Shown here: piece after piece, positions 60,033 to 64,000 of the stretch
Layout of the letters: every line of letters starts with the position of its first letter
Position numbering within the stretch: position 1 is the stretch's first letter
Virus record (IMG/VR): IMGVR_UViG_3300028045_000008
Coordinates: 1 to 64,000 of that record
Reading direction: 5' to 3' (one strand)
DNA length: 64,000 nt
DNA from: a virus
Notes under the pieces: model-generated
Told to the model about the DNA's origin: nothing
Database searches by the model: none
The model's input: only the letters and a program-made list of their open reading frames with translations
Made by a program: the position numbers and the translations under genes

Positions 60033-60868
60033 ATATTATAGGCCTGGGTTCCGCAGGAGTTAAGATTGCGGATTGTTTTGGAAAATATCCTCAATATGAT
60101 ATCTATAAGATCGATGTGGGCCTGGAGGGAGAGCGCTGTTATGCACTTCCTGAGTGCGATTCAGCCGAAGAGTATGAAACCGTCAAACTCCCGAGGATAA
60201 AGACCTTCTTCAAGGGACTCAAGGGCGAGGCGCTTGTCATCATTGGCGGGTCTGGAAAGGTATCGTGTGCCTCACTTCGAATTCTTGAAAATATCAGGAG
60301 CCTGTCAATCTCGATTATGTATATAAAGCCAGACATGTCCCTGTTGGGTGGTACTCCGCTGCTCCGCGAGAAGGTTGTATTCGGGGTACTCCAGGAATAC
60401 GCGAGATCCGGAGTTTTTGAGAAGATGTATCTTATATCAAACGAAGCACTGGATGAAATTATCGACGGCGCGCCAATTATCGGATATCACGATAAGCTGA
60501 ACGAGGTATTGGTACCAGCATTCCATATGATAAAGGTCTTTGATAATACAGACCCCGTGATTGGAAAGATTGAGAAGTCAAAGATAACACATCGAATTAC
60601 TACCATCGGCATATACGATGCAGCCAAGAATAAGGAAAAAAAGTTTTTTTCGCTTGACAATGTGAGAGAAAAATGCTATATTTATGGTATCAATGAAGAA
60701 AAACTTAAGAATGATGGTAAATTGTTTAAAAAAATAATGAGTCAAATAAAGTCAAAATCGGAAGAAAATGTTAAGGTATCTTATGCCATTTATTCTACTG
60801 ATTATGATTACGATATCGCATATGTCATCGAAAGGACTCCATGCATTCAAAATAAAAATAACGAATAA
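60029..60868 (+). CDS. Divergent tubulin/FtsZ-like protein
   Basis: IIGLGSAGVKIAD N-terminal loop, degenerate GGSG signature, ISNEAL. Confidence 0.6.
   Translation: MNIIGLGSAGVKIADCFGKYPQYDIYKIDVGLEGERCYALPECDSAEEYETVKLPRIKTFFKGLKGEALVIIGGSGKVSCASLRILENIRSLSISIMYIKPDMSLLGGTPLLREKVVFGVLQEYARSGVFEKMYLISNEALDEIIDGAPIIGYHDKLNEVLVPAFHMIKVFDNTDPVIGKIEKSKITHRITTIGIYDAAKNKEKKFFSLDNVREKCYIYGINEEKLKNDGKLFKKIMSQIKSKSEENVKVSYAIYSTDYDYDIAYVIERTPCIQNKNNE
60654..60682 (+). promoter_or_regulatory. sigma70-type promoter (extended -10) inside tubulin-like CDS
   Basis: TTGACA-17bp-TATATT with TG at the extended position. Confidence 0.6.
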
Positions 60869-60883
60869 AGTTTCAGAAAGTCC

Positions 60884-60912
60884 TTGACAATCTGGGGAGG
60901 TTATGTTATATT
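60884..60912 (+). promoter_or_regulatory. sigma70-type promoter (extended -10) upstream of SSB
   Basis: TTGACA-17bp-TATATT with TG at the extended position. Confidence 0.75.
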
Positions 60913-61022
60913 AGTATTACAATGATGGCAGTATTGCTGTCATTATCTTAAACAAAATTAGCAGAATAAGAGATTTGTTATTCTGACTTTAGCCAATCGG
61001 CAAACTACTAGGAGAAAAATAA

Positions 61023-61814
61023 ATGGGATTAGATTTAACAAAAATTCAAGCACGGCTTGATAACGTAAAGAGCAACGGCAAAGCCGGAGGTTCCTTCTGG
61101 CGCCCACAGGATGGTCAGCAGGTTATCCGTATCGTTCCGACTTCGGACGGTGACCCTTTCAAGGATTATTGGTTTCACTATAACCTCGGCCCAGAGCAAC
61201 GCGGTGGATTGATATGTCCGAAGAAAAATCATGGAGATGATTGCCCTATCTGTGACTTCAAGGATCAGCTTTGGAAGGAATATAATAGCACGCAAGACAC
61301 AGACACTCTTAAGTTGGCCAAGGATATGACACCTCGACAACGCTTCTTCTCTCCAGTAATGGTCCGAGGGGAAGAGTCTGGTGGAATTCGAATCTGGGGA
61401 TATGGCAAAGAAGCTTACACCTCGTTGTTGAATCTGGTTCTAAATCCCGAATACGGAGATATCACTGACGTCGACGCAGGGACAGATCTGACTTTGACGT
61501 ATGGCAAGCCTCCTGGCGCTAACTTCCCAAAGACAACTTTGACACCTCGGCGCCGCACTTCTCCGCTTTGTGATGAAGCTGTTGGCGGCGATGAAGAGTG
61601 CTCACGCCTGCTGGAGAATATTCCAAACTTCGACAATCTCTTTCCGACCAAGTCCTTAGAGGAGGTTCAAGAGGCCCTCGATTCCTTCATGGCTTCGCTT
61701 GGAGACTCCGCCGACCCTGTCGCCGGAATTGATCTAACAGACTCGGAAGCTTATAAACCAGCCTCTAGTTCAACTGAAGTTTTGTCAGCTTTCAACGAGC
61801 TAACAGGAAATTAA
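61023..61814 (+). CDS. Single-stranded DNA-binding protein (T4 gp32-like)
   Basis: FWRP..G...IRIVP, H...C...CPIC zinc site, W.YGK, D...G.D..L; acidic C-terminus. Confidence 0.8.
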   Translation: MGLDLTKIQARLDNVKSNGKAGGSFWRPQDGQQVIRIVPTSDGDPFKDYWFHYNLGPEQRGGLICPKKNHGDDCPICDFKDQLWKEYNSTQDTDTLKLAKDMTPRQRFFSPVMVRGEESGGIRIWGYGKEAYTSLLNLVLNPEYGDITDVDAGTDLTLTYGKPPGANFPKTTLTPRRRTSPLCDEAVGGDEECSRLLENIPNFDNLFPTKSLEEVQEALDSFMASLGDSADPVAGIDLTDSEAYKPASSSTEVLSAFNELTGN

Positions 61815-61876
61815 AAACATGCCGCAGGGAGGCACGGGTTTACAGGTGCCTCAAACTTAAAAAATAAAGGATTATT

Positions 61877-62320
61877 ATGTCGACAGTAAAAAATGGTGAT
61901 CACGTTTTGGTTAATTACCGCGGGACACTTGAAGATGGAGCAGAATTTGATAACTCATATACTCGCGGAGAGCCCTTGGCAGTCAAAGTGGGAGATGAAA
62001 GGTTGATCGCCGGCTTTAGCAACGCTATTGTAGGTATGTCAATCGGAGAGAAGAAAGAGGCGCTGCTAGCCCCAGAAGATGCCTATGGCCCACCCAACCC
62101 CGCCGCAGTGACACACATCGATCGTTCTGCGTTCCCGGAAGATTTGGAACTACAAGTTGGTATGCCAATCCCACTATCGAATGCAGAAGGCTCAACGGCA
62201 GTCGGACATGTAACTCAAATTAATGAGCAAGCTATTACGGTCGACTTGAACCACCCCCTTGCAGGAAAGAGCCTATTGTTTGAAATTGAACTGGTCGAGA
62301 TCACAGAAGAAGGAACATAG
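61877..62320 (+). CDS. FKBP-type peptidyl-prolyl isomerase with insert-in-flap domain (SlyD/SlpA-like)
   Basis: Y.GTLEDG.EFD.S, LIAGF, PEDAYG, DLNHPLAGK.L.FEIE. Confidence 0.9.
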   Translation: MSTVKNGDHVLVNYRGTLEDGAEFDNSYTRGEPLAVKVGDERLIAGFSNAIVGMSIGEKKEALLAPEDAYGPPNPAAVTHIDRSAFPEDLELQVGMPIPLSNAEGSTAVGHVTQINEQAITVDLNHPLAGKSLLFEIELVEITEEGT

Positions 62321-63439
62321 ATGGCTAAAAAAACAACATCACCTGGTAAGCTATCTCTGGGAGATATGCAGAAGATTATCAATAAAAAGGCGGGAATGAA
62401 CGTTGCCCATAACCTGAAGGAAAAGAATCCGACAGAAGTTACGCAATGGATTCCGACGGGATCTCGTTGGCTTGATTCTATTATTTGTCGAGGAAAGCTT
62501 TCCGGAATTCCGGTGGGCAAGGTTACGGAAATCGCCGGCCTTGAAGCGACTGGGAAGTCATATATGGCCGCTCAGATCGCAGCAAACGCCCAAAAGATGG
62601 GAGTGGATGTTGTTTATTTTGATTCGGAATCGGCCATTGACCCAACCTTCCTTGAGAACACCGGATGCGATCTCGACAAGTTACTTTATGTTCAAGCAAC
62701 CTCTGTCGAGTTCGTTCTGGAAACCATGGAGGAGCTTCTTGGTTCAGACAACCAGATCCTCTTTATCTGGGATTCTCTGGCATTGACTCCCGCAATTTCC
62801 GACGTCGAGGGGGATTTCAACCCTCAGTCATCTATGGCGATGAAAGCTCGTATTTTAGCGAAAGGTATGTCGAAGTTGACACTAGCAATCGCAAACACTA
62901 AATCGACTTTCCTAGTCCTAAATCAGCTAAAGACAAATATTACCCGCTCTCCCAGCGAGGCTATGACTACCCCGTATGTTACTCCCGGCGGAAAAGCCAT
63001 GATTTATGCGTATTCTTTACGCATCTGGCTCACCGGTCGCAAGGCAAAAGCTAGTTTCGTCTTGGATGATAATGGATTCCGCATTGGGTCAGAAGTCAAA
63101 GTAAAGCTTGAGAAGTCAAGGTTCGGAACACAGGGTCGACGCTGCAACTTTCGAATTTTATGGGGAGGAGATCAGGTCAGCATCCAAGATGATGAGTCCC
63201 TTTTTGAGGCCGTCAAGGGCTCTGACAACATCAAGCAATCCGGCGCCTGGTTTACAATGGTTTTCGACGACGGATCGACTGAAAAGTTCCAAGCCTCAAA
63301 GTGGGCCGACAAGATGCAGGACGATAAATTTCGACAAAGAGTATATCAGATCATCGATGAAGAGATCATTTATAAATTTGATAATCGGCAAGGAAAAGCA
63401 GAAGATTTTTACGAAAATGAAGAGACTATAGAGATTTAA
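62321..63439 (+). CDS. recA: RecA/UvsX recombinase
   Basis: IPTGS..LD, G.EATGKS Walker A, DSE, WDS, NQL, TPGGKA, GAWF. Confidence 0.9.
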   Translation: MAKKTTSPGKLSLGDMQKIINKKAGMNVAHNLKEKNPTEVTQWIPTGSRWLDSIICRGKLSGIPVGKVTEIAGLEATGKSYMAAQIAANAQKMGVDVVYFDSESAIDPTFLENTGCDLDKLLYVQATSVEFVLETMEELLGSDNQILFIWDSLALTPAISDVEGDFNPQSSMAMKARILAKGMSKLTLAIANTKSTFLVLNQLKTNITRSPSEAMTTPYVTPGGKAMIYAYSLRIWLTGRKAKASFVLDDNGFRIGSEVKVKLEKSRFGTQGRRCNFRILWGGDQVSIQDDESLFEAVKGSDNIKQSGAWFTMVFDDGSTEKFQASKWADKMQDDKFRQRVYQIIDEEIIYKFDNRQGKAEDFYENEETIEI

Positions 63440-63464
63440 CATAACCTAAAAGTAGGAGAGAGAG

Positions 63465-63770
63465 ATGAAACAATTATTTAAAATCGCCTTACTGGCAATG
63501 GCAATCGTTTTGCCACTCGATGAAGCAGCCGCCTGTGATAGGTGCGAATCGACTAAGGTGTGGGTAGACGCCTACCGAGATAGTCATGGTCACTATCATG
63601 AAGCTCACTGGAAGATCGTCGAACTATGCCGACCACCAGCACCGCCCGTTCGCCCCCGTGTAATCGTCCGAGTACCAGTGGTAACATTCCACACTAGCCG
63701 CTCTCATCATCGCCATGTCCAGACACGGTCGCACCACGCACCAACTCGCCATCATCACCACCGACGCTAG
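63465..63770 (+). CDS. Secreted small protein with WV...HW motif and His/Arg-rich tail
   Basis: Signal peptide ending AAA; WVDAY....G.YHEAHW; His-rich C-terminus; AGGAG RBS. Confidence 0.6.
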   Translation: MKQLFKIALLAMAIVLPLDEAAACDRCESTKVWVDAYRDSHGHYHEAHWKIVELCRPPAPPVRPRVIVRVPVVTFHTSRSHHRHVQTRSHHAPTRHHHHRR

Positions 63771-63823
63771 CTAAACTTGCTCACCAATTTGTCCTTTGAC
63801 TTGCCAGTTGACTATATTATAGT

Positions 63824-64000
63824 ATGGCAAGTCACAAGAACAAGTTAAAGCATCACAAGCTACTATTCGAATTGAAGTTTCTTTATGCAGATTTGGAATA
63901 CCATACTGCTGCCTTACAAGATGCGGGGAATAACTTCCAGAAGGAAGTGATGAGTAGGATGACAAATCCTTCACCAACCCCACCAGCTTCAAGTGCCCCA
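63824..64000 (+). CDS. 3'-truncated hypothetical protein (MASHKNKLKHHKLLFELKFLYADLEYH...)
   Basis: Open from ATG 63824 to the window end, on the same strand as all other genes. Confidence 0.55.
   Translation, partial: MASHKNKLKHHKLLFELKFLYADLEYHTAALQDAGNNFQKEVMSRMTNPSPTPPASSAP

Noticed and set aside
346-63431. Alternative-frame plus-strand ORFs nested in genes (e.g. 346-597, 21317-21637, 24646-24969, 44009-44368, 51883-52356)
   Set aside because: Explained by codon bias or repeats of the host gene; no RBS or motif support
18364-63439. Introns, inteins or homing endonucleases in terminase, MCP, polymerase or RecA
   Set aside because: Motif spacing is continuous; no intein ends or LAGLIDADG/HNH/GIY-YIG motifs seen
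1714-63992. All minus-strand ORFs in the track (e.g. 5200-5856, 13324-13941, 19488-20162, 63771-63992)
   Set aside because: They lie antisense to well-supported plus-strand genes, show shadow-type composition and have no recognisable motifs
1-64000. Stop-codon reassignment as in some large phages
   Set aside because: Genes are full length and densely packed under the standard code, and TAA, TAG and TGA all end genes at tight junctions

Overview
The window is a contiguous, entirely plus-strand segment of a large tailed dsDNA phage (T4-distantly-related myovirus, Caudoviricetes; standard genetic code; Shine-Dalgarno sites and sigma70-type promoters point to a bacterial host). It carries the morphogenesis core: terminase, portal, prohead protease, scaffold, gp23-type major capsid protein, neck, sheath, tube, tail chaperone, tape measure, baseplate and fibre proteins. 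Two replication/recombination blocks are also present: RuvC-like, primase and an Mre11-Rad50 fusion; then a short PolA-like protein, a tubulin/FtsZ-like protein, SSB, an FKBP/SlyD-like protein and RecA. The most striking element is a complete bacterial stress/sporulation-type triad, YeaH(vWA)-SpoVR-PrkA/YeaG(AAA+). It is in permuted order, translationally coupled to the neck genes, and inside an apparent late transcription unit. Other notable signals are a bS21-like ribosomal protein, a recurrent CTATTTA late-promoter-like motif, a candidate +1 tail-chaperone frameshift, an internal in-frame start in a fibre gene, and apparent enrichment of the palindrome GGCGCC. All calls come from motif recognition by eye; no searches were run.
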